Below are positions 18,250 through 28,388 of a DNA stretch of 64,000 bases, in pieces. The notes under the pieces are model-generated. The model searched no databases. It was not told the DNA's origin and worked only from the letters and a program-made list of their open reading frames with translations. This stretch comes from Candidatus Paceibacter sp. GTDB taxonomy: Bacteria; Patescibacteriota; Patescibacteriia; Magasanikbacterales; UBA922. The stretch spans positions 1,855 to 65,854 of the forward strand of contig DYFM01000005.1 in NCBI GenBank assembly GCA_020725175.1. Direction: 5' to 3'. A program made the position numbers and the translations under genes. Position 1 is the first letter of the stretch, and each line of letters opens with the position of its first letter.

Positions 18250-19125
18250 TTAGACTCTCTCCACCCAATGCACATCAACACCAACATCAAGTTCCAAAAA
18301 TACTTTCTTGTTGGTTGCTTGTTCCAGTTCTTTTCTCGCCATTTGACCAATTTCCTTGATTTTACTTCCGCGAGCACCGATAATCATGCGCTTGTATCGC
18401 TCTTCGTTGGTCAAAATCCGAGCAGAAATGACAAAGAGATCTGGTTTTTCCTCAACACTGTCTACCTCAACAGAAATAGAGTAGGGTACTTCCTTATCAA
18501 AAATTGAGAAGGTTTTTTCTCGAATTATTTCAGAAATCCAAAAGTGATGATCTACGTTCGTTAGCTGATCCTCCGGGTAGAGTGGCTCACCTTCAGGAAG
18601 AAGTTCAATAACTTTATCACGCAGTGGCTGTACATGACTGGCTCGAAGCGCAGAAACCGGAAGAACAGCATCAAAATCGTTGCCCCAAAATTCATAATCG
18701 GCTTGAAACGCGCGTTCACTACGAGATAAATCACTTTTGTTAATGACGAGTATTTTAGGTTTTTCCACATGACGAATCATACCATATACTGCTCGTTCTT
18801 CTTGACCTATTTCTCTGGTAGGATCTACGACATATACAATGACATCAATATCTTGCAGTGCCTCGTGAACTTTATTTGTTAGTTTGGCGGTAAGCGGATT
18901 TTTTCTATCTTTAAATACCCCTGGGGTATCCACAAAAATCGCTTGCCCGTGAGGAGTGTTCATGACTCCGTGTATGATATGGCGGGTCATTTGCGCACGA
19001 AAACTAGTGGCAGCAATTTTAGTGCCAACGAGTGTGTTCAATAGGGTAGATTTGCCCACGTTTGACCGACCGACGAGGACGACAAAGCCGGACTTTGGTT
19101 GGGGGGTTGTTTGTTCTTTCTTCAT
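18250..19125 (-). CDS. era: GTPase Era
   Basis: G1 motif GRSNVGKST, G3 DTPG, G4 NKSD, and a C-terminal KH domain. Confidence 0.9.
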   Translation of the reverse strand: MKKEQTTPQPKSGFVVLVGRSNVGKSTLLNTLVGTKIAATSFRAQMTRHIIHGVMNTPHGQAIFVDTPGVFKDRKNPLTAKLTNKVHEALQDIDVIVYVVDPTREIGQEERAVYGMIRHVEKPKILVINKSDLSRSERAFQADYEFWGNDFDAVLPVSALRASHVQPLRDKVIELLPEGEPLYPEDQLTNVDHHFWISEIIREKTFSIFDKEVPYSISVEVDSVEEKPDLFVISARILTNEERYKRMIIGARGSKIKEIGQMARKELEQATNKKVFLELDVGVDVHWVERV

Positions 19126-19130
19126 AGGTT

Positions 19131-19302
19131 TTACGGATTACGGATAATACGGAGCTACGGATATTGCTTATCAAAAGTGTGTATGAAAATAGGGTGTGTA
19201 TTTAGTATAAAGTAACTAGCTTATTTTACATAATTTATTTTTGAACTTAATCTTACAATTTCCATCAAACATCCGTAGCTCCGTATTATCCGTAATCCGT
19301 AA
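19131..19302. mobile_element. 172-bp element bounded by 32-bp perfect inverted repeats (ttacggattacggataatacggagctacggat); MITE-like or a divergent-promoter operator
   Basis: The left arm at 19131-19162 is the exact reverse complement of the right arm at 19271-19302. An AT-rich ~108 bp core separates them. It lies between the era and rplI starts. Confidence 0.5.
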
Positions 19303-19377
19303 CGTCATATTCAAATGTGGATATTATTATACCTAACTATTGCCAAAAAATCAACCTCGGGGTATACTGAATGGTAT

Positions 19378-19821
19378 ATGAAAGTAATTCTTCTCAAAGA
19401 CGTCCCCGGAACCGGTAAACGGGGAGAAATAAAAGAAGTGGCTGATGGGTATGCTCACAATTTTTTGATTAAGAAAAAATTGGCTGAACCAGCATCAAAG
19501 CAGTCCGTTCGTTCTGTGCAAGAAAAAGAAGCTAAGAAGCTACGAGATAACCAAAAAAATCGCCAACGCACCGAACAAATGGTCTCACGTCTTGATGGTG
19601 CGGAAATTGAAGTATCAGAAAAAACCAATGATGAAGGAAGATTGTACGCAGCCATAACGGCGCAAAAGCTATCGAGCTATATTCAAAAAAAATGTGGGAT
19701 TACTGTAGACCCAAAGCAAATCATTATTGAAGATCCAATCAAAGAAATTGGTGATCACCGAGTGCGCATCGACCTCGGTTACGGACTCGAGGCCGAACTA
19801 TCCGTCATTGTCTCCGATTAA
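19378..19821 (+). CDS. rplI: 50S ribosomal protein L9
   Basis: MKVILLKDVPGTGKRGEIKEVADGYAHNFLIKKKLA is the L9 N-terminus. The track ORF starts 63 nt earlier, but this internal ATG is the plausible start. Confidence 0.85.
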   Translation: MKVILLKDVPGTGKRGEIKEVADGYAHNFLIKKKLAEPASKQSVRSVQEKEAKKLRDNQKNRQRTEQMVSRLDGAEIEVSEKTNDEGRLYAAITAQKLSSYIQKKCGITVDPKQIIIEDPIKEIGDHRVRIDLGYGLEAELSVIVSD

Positions 19822-19823
19822 CC

Positions 19824-19852
19824 CTTTCATCCACTGAAAGGGTTTTTTATTT
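19824..19852 (+). terminator. Rho-independent terminator after rplI
   Basis: ccctttcatccactgaaagggttttttatttt: stem plus T-run. Confidence 0.6.
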
Positions 19853-20047
19853 TATTGTGATGTGCTATACTGATGGGGTTTTAAAAGTGTATCAACTATT
19901 TTGATAAACAGTTATTTCAGATGGACGCTAATTTTCTGAATGTAACAGAATTGTTACAAAATTACGTTTTGATTCGTTTTATTTATCCGATCTGTATTCC
20001 ATCAAAAGTTAGTAACTAACTCTTACTTGTAATTTATTTGTACAACT

Positions 20048-21709
20048 ATGTCAAAAAAGAAGAATCGAAAGTTCATCTTTGTGGTAGGAGGAGTATTGAG
20101 CGGGGTAGGAAAAGGGGTTACCAGTGCGTCGATCGGTGCAATATTAAAGAGAAAAGGGTTTTCCGTGACAGCACTCAAAGCCGATCCATACATCAATGTT
20201 GATGCCGGTACGATGAATCCAACAGAACACGGAGAAGTATTTGTAACGGACGACAAAGATGAGTGTGATCAAGATATGGGAAATTACGAACGTTTTTTGG
20301 ATACAGACCTAACCTCTGCGAATTACATGACTACTGGTCGAGTATATTTGGAAGTTATTGAGAAGGAACGAGCCATGAAATACAAGGGAAAGTGTGTTCA
20401 GGTTGTTCCGCATATTCCAGAGGAAATTATTCGGCGAATTACTCGAGCGGCTGAGTTGAATGATTCAGATATTACGATTATTGAGATCGGTGGTACGGTC
20501 GGAGAATATGAAAATATCCTTTTTTTGGAGGCTGTTCGGGAAATGAAGTTGACTCGGCCTCTCGATATAGCAGTAGTCCTCGTAAGTTATTTGCCAGTGC
20601 CGGCTCATATTGGTGAAATGAAAACAAAACCAACCCAGCATGCACAACGATCATTGAATCAAACCGGATTACATGCGGATCTTATTGTCGCTCGAGGCCG
20701 ACTTGAACTTGATTCTGTCCGAAGAGAAAAATTGGCAAACTTGTGTGGTATTAAAAAAGAAAATGCTATTTCCGCGCCAGATGTTTCTTCAATTTACGAA
20801 ATTCCATTGAAACTTGAGGAGCAGGATATGGGAAACAAGTTATTAAAAGCAGTAAATCTCAAACCTCGCAAAAGCAACATGTCAGATTGGGAATCATTTA
20901 TTTCCAAAGTACGAAACGGAAAACGAGAAATCAACATTGCTGTTGTTGGAAAATATTTTGGCACGGGAAATTTTACACTGGCTGATTCATACATTTCTGT
21001 TATTGAAGCGGTAAAGCATGGGGCATGGCATCATGATGTAAAACCGAAGTTGGATTGGATTGACTCAGAAGAGTTTGAGAAAAATTTAACTGCTACCAAA
21101 AAATTAGCTGAATATGATGGAGTGATTGTTCCCGGTGGATTTGGTACCCGTGGGGTGGAGGGAATCATAAGAGCCATTCAGTTTGCTCGCGAAAACAAGA
21201 TTCCATATCTCGGCCTGTGTTACGGTATGCAACTTGCAACAATTGAATTTGTCCGTAATGTGCTTGGGAAGAAGAAAGCCAATACTGTAGAAATGGATCC
21301 AAAAACTCCGGAACCGGTCATTCACATTAATCCAAATCAAGCGGAAAACGTCAAGAATAATCGATACGGTGGTACTATGCGTCTTGGAGCCTACCCCGCA
21401 ATTATTCGAAAAGGAACAAAAGTGTACAAGGCATACAATGAAGACATGATATCCGAGCGTCATCGTCACCGCTATGAATTTAACAATGACTATCGAGAAG
21501 CAATTGATGCTGCCGGCTTGAAAGTCGTGGGTATAAATCCGGAATCAGATTTAGTTGAAATTGTTGAGCTTGAAGACCATCCATTTTTTGTTGGTACGCA
21601 GTTTCATCCGGAATTTAAATCTCGACCAATGCGACCTCATCCGTTGTTTCGAGAGTTTATGAGGGCGGCTATTACTCGAAATAAAGAAATAGAGAAACTA
21701 GCCGTGTAA
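20048..21709 (+). CDS. pyrG: CTP synthase
   Basis: N-terminal synthetase domain (FVVGGVLSGVGKG) and a C-terminal glutamine amidotransferase domain (GLCYGMQ, HPEF). Confidence 0.9.
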   Translation: MSKKKNRKFIFVVGGVLSGVGKGVTSASIGAILKRKGFSVTALKADPYINVDAGTMNPTEHGEVFVTDDKDECDQDMGNYERFLDTDLTSANYMTTGRVYLEVIEKERAMKYKGKCVQVVPHIPEEIIRRITRAAELNDSDITIIEIGGTVGEYENILFLEAVREMKLTRPLDIAVVLVSYLPVPAHIGEMKTKPTQHAQRSLNQTGLHADLIVARGRLELDSVRREKLANLCGIKKENAISAPDVSSIYEIPLKLEEQDMGNKLLKAVNLKPRKSNMSDWESFISKVRNGKREINIAVVGKYFGTGNFTLADSYISVIEAVKHGAWHHDVKPKLDWIDSEEFEKNLTATKKLAEYDGVIVPGGFGTRGVEGIIRAIQFARENKIPYLGLCYGMQLATIEFVRNVLGKKKANTVEMDPKTPEPVIHINPNQAENVKNNRYGGTMRLGAYPAIIRKGTKVYKAYNEDMISERHRHRYEFNNDYREAIDAAGLKVVGINPESDLVEIVELEDHPFFVGTQFHPEFKSRPMRPHPLFREFMRAAITRNKEIEKLAV

Positions 21710-21744
21710 CTCACGCCTTTGGCTGAATATATTCAAAAGACCAC

Positions 21745-21775
21745 CTAACGGTGGTCTTTTATAATAATTCTAGCA
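21745..21775. terminator. Bidirectional terminator between pyrG and cysS
   Basis: aaaagaccacctaacggtggtctttta: a perfect hairpin flanked by A and T runs. Confidence 0.6.
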
Positions 21776-21821
21776 TTTTCATGTCCGTACTCAGGGGTAA
21801 AACTATGAGTTACTTTTTTCA

Positions 21822-23189
21822 TTACGGCCTCACCACCCGCTGCCCATCCGTACCATCCTCAACCGAAAAACCGAGCTTTTGAATTTCGTCTCGCAATCGG
21901 TCACTTTCTTCCCAATTTTTTTGTGATCGAGCGGTAGCACGTAGATCAATCAATTGTTGAACTTCAAGCGGAATCTCAGTTGGACCTTCTTGTTCATGAA
22001 GATTCAAATTTAGCCCAAGCACTTTATCAAACCGCACAATCATGTCACGATTCATTTTTTTCTCTTTGAGCGCTGTCCAAACTATCGCTAGTGCTTCCGG
22101 TGTATTCAGATCATCATTGATCGCTGACTCAAATTCATGGACGACATGAAAATCTACCGGATCAGTCGTATCCAGTGCATCAACTTGAGCACGAAGACGC
22201 TTTAGACCTTGTTCTGCCGCCTCAAGTGCTTCCCAAGAAAAACTGAGCTGTTTTCGGTAATGAGCCTGAAGCAAGAAGTATCGGTAGGCGAGAGGAGAGA
22301 ATCCGCGATCTTTTATAGTTTGCAGTGTGATAAAGTTCTCTCCGGATTTTGCCATTTTATCTGCTCCAACATTCAAGAATTCATTGTGCAACCAATAAGA
22401 TACCCATGGTTTTTCAGATACAATTCCTTCGGCTTGGGCGATTTCATTGGTATGGTGTACCGGAATATGATCAATGCCGCCACTATGAATGTCAAAATGT
22501 TGTCCGAGATACTTCATACTCATAGCCGAACATTCAATGTGCCAACCCGGAAACCCCATTCTCCCAAATGCTTCCCACTCCATTTGTCGTTGCTCGCCGG
22601 GCTTACTAAATTTCCAGAGGGCAAAGTCATTCGGGTGTTTTTTTTCTCCCATCTCCACTCGTGCTCCAGCCTTGAGGTCTTGTTTTTCAAGCATGGCCAG
22701 TTTGCCGTAATCTGCAATCTTGGCTGTATCAAAATATATTCCATCACTGGTTTCATAGGTGAGACCGCGATGAATCAATTCTTCCACTTGAGAAATTTGT
22801 TCACTGATATGATCAGTCGCTTTCGGAAGTTCGTTTGGGGGAAGAATGTTCAAATCTTTTAAGTCAGATAAAAAAGCCTTTGTGTAGTGCTCAGCTATCT
22901 CCCAGGCGGTCTTACCTTCGCGCTTGGAACCTTTTTCCATTTTATCTTCACCGGCGTCAGCGTCATCAGTCAAGTGTCCAACGTCGGTAATATTCATTAC
23001 AAAGTTGACGTCATATTCATTGTATTTCAAAATACGATGCACTATGTCGGCGAAAACAAAGTTTCGCAGGTTTCCGAGGTGTACATAATGATACACAGTG
23101 GGACCGCAATTGTAATAACCCACTTGTTTCCCACTTATGGGGCGAAAGTCTTCTTTGGTTTTGGTAAGGGTATTGTACAATTTCAACAT
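21822..23189 (-). CDS. cysS: Cysteine--tRNA ligase
   Basis: HIGH-type motif (CGPTVYHYVHLGN), KMSKS variant KMAKSG, and a Zn-binding Cys. Confidence 0.9.
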   Translation of the reverse strand: MLKLYNTLTKTKEDFRPISGKQVGYYNCGPTVYHYVHLGNLRNFVFADIVHRILKYNEYDVNFVMNITDVGHLTDDADAGEDKMEKGSKREGKTAWEIAEHYTKAFLSDLKDLNILPPNELPKATDHISEQISQVEELIHRGLTYETSDGIYFDTAKIADYGKLAMLEKQDLKAGARVEMGEKKHPNDFALWKFSKPGEQRQMEWEAFGRMGFPGWHIECSAMSMKYLGQHFDIHSGGIDHIPVHHTNEIAQAEGIVSEKPWVSYWLHNEFLNVGADKMAKSGENFITLQTIKDRGFSPLAYRYFLLQAHYRKQLSFSWEALEAAEQGLKRLRAQVDALDTTDPVDFHVVHEFESAINDDLNTPEALAIVWTALKEKKMNRDMIVRFDKVLGLNLNLHEQEGPTEIPLEVQQLIDLRATARSQKNWEESDRLRDEIQKLGFSVEDGTDGQRVVRP

Positions 23190-23344
23190 AAGAAAAAAGA
23201 TATTTCTTTCAGTATATCGAACTTCATATTTTCTGTAAAGAGAGCTATTTTGTTAAAGAGACCTGGGAGTAATTATTGACAGAAGCGGTGTGTCTGTGGC
23301 CCAATAAAGTAGAGTATGTGAATAGATGTATATTGAAACTGTTT

Positions 23345-23851
23345 ATGAATGTTGTTATTGGAGCTATTATTTTACTGTTTGTCATCGTCTTGGTAGGTGG
23401 AACGTTTTACTGGACGAAAAAAAAGACCGACAACACAGAACTACAGAAAGAAAGTAAACAGGGTTTTCTTCTTATTATTTTGATTGTTATCCTTGGTTTT
23501 TTCATGTTGTATGCCTATGCATGTACTGACCTACCTGAAGATGTTCCGACCACCACCATGGATGAACAACCCGGAAATCAAAACAACGGTTCTTTAGGGT
23601 CTGATCAAATTATTACTCCTGAACCGGAAGCAACTACCAATGATGTATCCTTTCCTGAGCAAATACTGTTATGCAATCAAGCAACCGAAGAATGTTATGA
23701 CGCGGCAGCTCGATTTTCCGGTGAGGAAACTCTTACAGCAATCATTTTTTCCGAAGATGTACTGTTTGACTATAATTCATTTCGTTGCGAGTCAAAAGGG
23801 AACTGTTTTATTCAATCTCAAACAGGGGAGAGTTGGCGAATGGTGTTTTGA
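23345..23851 (+). CDS. Hypothetical membrane protein
   Basis: Two N-terminal transmembrane helices, then a Cys-containing extracellular domain. I placed the start at the internal ATG (MNVVIGAII). Confidence 0.4.
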   Translation: MNVVIGAIILLFVIVLVGGTFYWTKKKTDNTELQKESKQGFLLIILIVILGFFMLYAYACTDLPEDVPTTTMDEQPGNQNNGSLGSDQIITPEPEATTNDVSFPEQILLCNQATEECYDAAARFSGEETLTAIIFSEDVLFDYNSFRCESKGNCFIQSQTGESWRMVF

Positions 23852-23899
23852 CTCATCCACACTACCAAAAATTACTACTTCCTGATATGATGTGCTCAT

Positions 23900-24445
23900 A
23901 TGACATATCTTCCACAGGCCTTTTCCTTGGTATACACAAAAAAAACCCAGTATTTCGTTATAACACTTGTATTGAGTGTATTTATTTTTTTGTTTGCCCT
24001 ATATCTTCCACAAAAAGATTTTGTTGCCGCTATTCTTGCTGAAAATACTTTTTCTTTTTTAACAAAGCTTCGTTTGATTGTTGGTGCAAGTGGAAGCTTC
24101 ATCACAAATTTTTCTTTATTTTCACAGCTTTCTATTATCATCATCTCTTTGTTGTTTGGAATCAACGGTGCGTTTTTGGTTTATTACTTAATAAGAAAAG
24201 TTGCCGCTGACGTGGCTTCCGGATTGAGTTTGTTTGGAATTATCGGTGGATTGTTTGGTGTAGGGTGTTCGGCATGTGGGTCTGTGTTACTTTCATCGTT
24301 TATCGGAGTTGCCGGAACAGTGCAAATACTCGGAGTACTTCCGTTTCATGGAAAAGAGTTTTCTATATTTGGAATTGGTTTGATTATGTTTTCTATTTTG
24401 TATATTGCAAAAAAAATCGCAAGACCGCCGACATGTTCTATCTAG
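23900..24445 (+). CDS. Hypothetical multi-pass membrane protein with a GCSACG motif
   Basis: Four to five predicted transmembrane helices and a CxxC-like motif in a hydrophobic context. Confidence 0.4.
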   Translation: MTYLPQAFSLVYTKKTQYFVITLVLSVFIFLFALYLPQKDFVAAILAENTFSFLTKLRLIVGASGSFITNFSLFSQLSIIIISLLFGINGAFLVYYLIRKVAADVASGLSLFGIIGGLFGVGCSACGSVLLSSFIGVAGTVQILGVLPFHGKEFSIFGIGLIMFSILYIAKKIARPPTCSI

Positions 24446-24500
24446 CCAAACATCCATGTATACAAAAATACCTGCCTTTGACGGCAGATATTTTTTTGTC

Positions 24501-24884
24501 TTACATTTCTTCTCTACCGGGGGTTGAAACACCTCCCCAAGTTGCCAGAGCAGCAACGATGATACCAAGAATGATATCGTTCCATAGTGCGGCTGACACA
24601 AAGGAGTATCCTAAGATGAATGGCGCAAAAATAAGCCAAATACCAATAACCACATTTACCCAGCTTGGCCACGCTACTTTGATTCCTTCACGAGTGGTAC
24701 GAGAAATGGCGAGTACTGCCACCACAATACCAACGATAATATCATTCCATACTGCTGCCGTAACGGCTGAATACCCCAAAATAAACGGAGCAAAAATCAA
24801 CCAAATACCGGCTAGTACATCGAGACCGTTTGCGGTTCGCACAGAGGTTTGTTGTTGTTGAAAAGTCATTGCCATACGTTTCAC
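24501..24884 (-). CDS. SPW-repeat membrane protein
   Basis: Two internal copies of GIWLIFAPFILGYS...A.WNDII.GI.VA.LA. Confidence 0.55.
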   Translation of the reverse strand: MKRMAMTFQQQQTSVRTANGLDVLAGIWLIFAPFILGYSAVTAAVWNDIIVGIVVAVLAISRTTREGIKVAWPSWVNVVIGIWLIFAPFILGYSFVSAALWNDIILGIIVAALATWGGVSTPGREEM

Positions 24885-25021
24885 CTCCCTTCTTGGTGAG
24901 ATCTATATTCCTATTTTTAGTATACGCTTCTCAAGTAAACAGTCAAATAACCTGTCCTAATTTTCGTTTATTTTGACGAAAAAAAAACGCTATGTTATGA
25001 TATATTTATAACAATCTTTCT

Positions 25022-26965
25022 ATGACCAGCCAATTCACAGCCCAGAAAAAAAATTGTACCCACGACTATACCATTGAACTAAAAACTTTGTTGCACCGTT
25101 CAAAGGATCTCTACGAAGAACTTCTTGTGAATCTCCAAAACAATGATTCGGTATTTCTTGAGGTATTTAATAAAGTGACTATAGCAATTGGAAATACCGC
25201 TAACCTGGCGGAACTCATGATGGAAGTTCATCCTGATGTGTCGGTACGAGAATCGGCTGAGCATGTTGCTCAAGAAATAGATTCTTTGACTACTTCACTT
25301 TCTCTCAATCAAGATATATACAAACGTTTTGTTCGGGTGAACACCGATGAGCATGATGATGAAACCCAACGCATGATAGAAAAAACAATTCGCGATTTTC
25401 ACCGTTCCGGAGTTGATAAAGATGAGTCGCTTAGAAAAAAATTACAGAAACTATCGGAACAAATTACCAAAGTTGGACAGGAATATAGTCGACATATTCG
25501 TGATGATGTAAAAACAGTAGAATTACCAGATCGTGAGGGGTTACAAGGGCTACCCCAAGATTATATTGCTCGACACCAGCCGAACCAACAGGGGAACATC
25601 ATTATTACTACTGATTATCCGGATTTTACTCCAGTCATGAAGTATGCACATGACGCAACACTACGAAGGGAATTGCTTCTCCTTTTCTCAAACAGAGCTT
25701 ATCCAAAAAATATACCTGTTTTACAACAGTTACTTCACCTGCGTCATGAATATGCGACACTTCTGGGATATCAATCCTGGGTAGAATATATTACTGAAGA
25801 CAAAATGGTTAACAGTGGTGTGCGAGTAAAAGAATTTATTGCTACATTACATGAAGTTGCGAAAGAACGATGTGCTAAGGATTATCACCAACTTTTATTA
25901 GAAAAGCAAAAGGTTGAGCCTACTGCAACAGAAGTGTATGAATGGGAAATCAGCTATCTTCTTGAAAAAGTACGCGCAACAGAATGTGCCTTTGATTCAC
26001 AAACAGTACGTCAATATTTTGAATATGAGCGTGTAACAGAAGGGTTGTTGTCACTGACGAGTACCATGTTTGGTATCACCTATAGACAGAATGATTCCGT
26101 ACCGGTCTGGCACGAATCTGTTATTGTTTATGATGTATATGAGGATGAGCAGTGTATTGGCAGAATATATCTCGATATGCATCCACGGGAAGGAAAATAC
26201 AAACATGCCGCGCAGTTTTCTATTGCGAACGGAATAACGGGGGTGCAACTTCCCGAAGGTGTGTTGGTCTGCAATTTTCCCAATCCACACACCAGCAGTG
26301 AACCGGCACTCCTCGATATTCGAGAAGTAGAAACGTATTTTCATGAGTTTGGGCATTTACTCCACTTCATTCTTTCCGGCAAACAACGCTGGTATCGTCT
26401 TTCCGGACTGAGTATGGAATGGGATTTTGTGGAAGCACCATCGCAACTCTTTGAAGAGTGGGTATGGGAATATGATGTACTAAAACAATTTGCTAAACAT
26501 ATAGAAACCGGTGAAGTAATTCCTGAATCACTGGTTCAGGCGCTCCAAGCATCTGATAAACTAGGAAAAGGTCTTTTTATTGCCAGACAACTAGTCTTTA
26601 CTGCTTTTTCGTATGAACTGTACCGCACGAATCCTGAAGGATTAGATCCGGGACACTTGCTGCAAGAGCTCCAGTCAAAATATTACCCTGTCTCCATGAC
26701 TCCTGATACACATGCGGAAGCAAACTTTGGTCATTTGGTGGGTTATTCTGCGATTTATTATACCTACATGTGGTCACTCGTCATTGCCAAAGATTTGAAG
26801 TCACGATTTGATTCCCGTCACGGTCTTCTTGACGTGGAAGTGGCGATGCAATACAGAAAAACAGTATTGGAACAGGCCGGTTCAAAAGATGCTTCAGAAA
26901 TGATTGAAGCGTTTTTAGGGAGAAAATATTCCTTTAAAGCGTTTCAGCAGTGGTTGACTGAATAA
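25022..26965 (+). CDS. M3-family zinc metallopeptidase (oligoendopeptidase / thimet-like)
   Basis: HEFGHLLH zinc-binding motif with a downstream E ligand, and a ~650-aa length typical of M3. Confidence 0.75.
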   Translation: MTSQFTAQKKNCTHDYTIELKTLLHRSKDLYEELLVNLQNNDSVFLEVFNKVTIAIGNTANLAELMMEVHPDVSVRESAEHVAQEIDSLTTSLSLNQDIYKRFVRVNTDEHDDETQRMIEKTIRDFHRSGVDKDESLRKKLQKLSEQITKVGQEYSRHIRDDVKTVELPDREGLQGLPQDYIARHQPNQQGNIIITTDYPDFTPVMKYAHDATLRRELLLLFSNRAYPKNIPVLQQLLHLRHEYATLLGYQSWVEYITEDKMVNSGVRVKEFIATLHEVAKERCAKDYHQLLLEKQKVEPTATEVYEWEISYLLEKVRATECAFDSQTVRQYFEYERVTEGLLSLTSTMFGITYRQNDSVPVWHESVIVYDVYEDEQCIGRIYLDMHPREGKYKHAAQFSIANGITGVQLPEGVLVCNFPNPHTSSEPALLDIREVETYFHEFGHLLHFILSGKQRWYRLSGLSMEWDFVEAPSQLFEEWVWEYDVLKQFAKHIETGEVIPESLVQALQASDKLGKGLFIARQLVFTAFSYELYRTNPEGLDPGHLLQELQSKYYPVSMTPDTHAEANFGHLVGYSAIYYTYMWSLVIAKDLKSRFDSRHGLLDVEVAMQYRKTVLEQAGSKDASEMIEAFLGRKYSFKAFQQWLTE

Positions 26966-26991
26966 TTTTACAACTCAATGTTAATAACTGT

Positions 26992-27387
26992 ATGTCAGAA
27001 CAAACAATCGGAAAAAGAATGGTAAAAGTATTATTCTTTACTCTTGTGAGCATACTGTCATTGATAGGATTAGCTACCATTATTTTAGGTATTTGGTTTT
27101 TTACGACTGATCCACTGCATATGTTTGATAAACGTACAGATGTGTCTCCGGTATCTTCAGATACAGCTACTACAACATTTGATCATCCGTATCTTTCACC
27201 GGAACAGGAGGAACAATTACAACAATATGGATTTGATATACAAAAACTACCCACAAACATAACGCCTGAGCTTCAAGCATGTGCTATTGAGAAATTAGGT
27301 GCTTCAAGAGTTGAAGCGTTGCGAGCCGGGGCTAAACCAACTGCAACCGACTTTTTTCGCGCACGAGGCTGTTTAGAGTTAAAATAA
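26992..27387 (+). CDS. Hypothetical membrane-anchored protein
   Basis: Single N-terminal transmembrane helix. Confidence 0.4.
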   Translation: MSEQTIGKRMVKVLFFTLVSILSLIGLATIILGIWFFTTDPLHMFDKRTDVSPVSSDTATTTFDHPYLSPEQEEQLQQYGFDIQKLPTNITPELQACAIEKLGASRVEALRAGAKPTATDFFRARGCLELK

Positions 27388-27437
27388 CACCTTGTTGAAT
27401 TTGGAGAGGGTGTTATACTAGCTCTATAACATAGCGT

Positions 27438-27866
27438 ATGAAATATTTTCTTCTATTCACTACCATACTATTTGTATTTATTCTCACAAATCCGGTCTAT
27501 ACACAAACAACGACACCGGCAACCTCGACTCCGCAGCCTGCCGTTTCAGAATTGGGAATCGAAGTGGGGGATTTGTTTGGCCTTCAAGCAATACAAAACA
27601 ATATTAATCTCGGAAGTAACGATCCCAGGCTTATCGCAACAAGTCTTATCAATTTATTGCTCGGGTTTTTAGGAATAATCACGGTAATAATGATTCTCTG
27701 GTCCGGAGTGCTTTGGCTATTTTCTTTTGGGAATGAAGAACGAACCACAAGAGCCAAGCGAACTCTCTTGAATACCATCATTGGTCTTATTATTATTCTT
27801 AGTGCCAATAGTATTGTAGTCTTTGTATTAAATTCCCTTACCAATGGAACTGCGCCGAATTTATAA
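27438..27866 (+). CDS. Hypothetical secreted protein with two C-terminal hydrophobic helices (possible VirB2/TrbC-like pilin)
   Basis: Signal peptide, a Thr/Pro-rich linker, then two transmembrane helices separated by a short basic loop (GNEERTTRAKR). Confidence 0.35.
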   Translation: MKYFLLFTTILFVFILTNPVYTQTTTPATSTPQPAVSELGIEVGDLFGLQAIQNNINLGSNDPRLIATSLINLLLGFLGIITVIMILWSGVLWLFSFGNEERTTRAKRTLLNTIIGLIIILSANSIVVFVLNSLTNGTAPNL

Positions 27867-27964
27867 GCCTTTTCAATGTCTTCAATATATGCTATGATGG
27901 TGGGCGTAACTCACAACACCATCACACGAGGCAGTATAAACTTCGGTGAGTAAGTTTTTTTTGT

Positions 27965-28318
27965 ATGCAAGATATTCAAGAAATTTTTAATAAAATTCAG
28001 GCGACTAGAAAACAGATAAAAGATATAAAAAAAATGATGAAAGACGCACTTGACGGAACGCAAGAGTATACAGAAATCAACGAGCAGATGAAAATATTGC
28101 GTGAAAAAAAGAAACGAGTAGAACAAGTAATAAAAGAAACCATGAGTTCAGAGCTAACAAAACTTGAAGATTTGCAAATTGATCTAGCGAGCGATCTCGA
28201 GATGATGAATGACATTTCTCTTACCAAGGCTATGAATGGTGAAACAATTACTCTAAAAGATGAGTATGACAATGAATACGAGCCGATTTTTGCAGTGAAG
28301 TTTAAAAAGGTGAATTAA
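27965..28318 (+). CDS. Hypothetical coiled-coil protein
   Basis: Charged heptad-like sequence with no recognised motif. Confidence 0.35.
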   Translation: MQDIQEIFNKIQATRKQIKDIKKMMKDALDGTQEYTEINEQMKILREKKKRVEQVIKETMSSELTKLEDLQIDLASDLEMMNDISLTKAMNGETITLKDEYDNEYEPIFAVKFKKVN

Positions 28319-28388
28319 AGTTATCCACATATTGAATGAAATAGTAAGAGGAGTATAATCGACTCAGTAATTCTTAAGCGCCTTTTAT

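Noticed and set aside
19315-19377. Upstream start of the rplI ORF (MWILLYLTIAKKSTSGYTEWY)
   Set aside because: L9 homology begins at MKVILLKDV. The upstream extension overlaps the inverted-repeat element and has no SD.
23276-23344. Long start (MTEAVCLWPNKVEY...) for the membrane protein at 23276-23851
   Set aside because: The hydrophobic signal/TM begins at the internal Met (MNVVIGAII), so I placed the start there. The true start cannot be fixed without ribosome-binding-site evidence.
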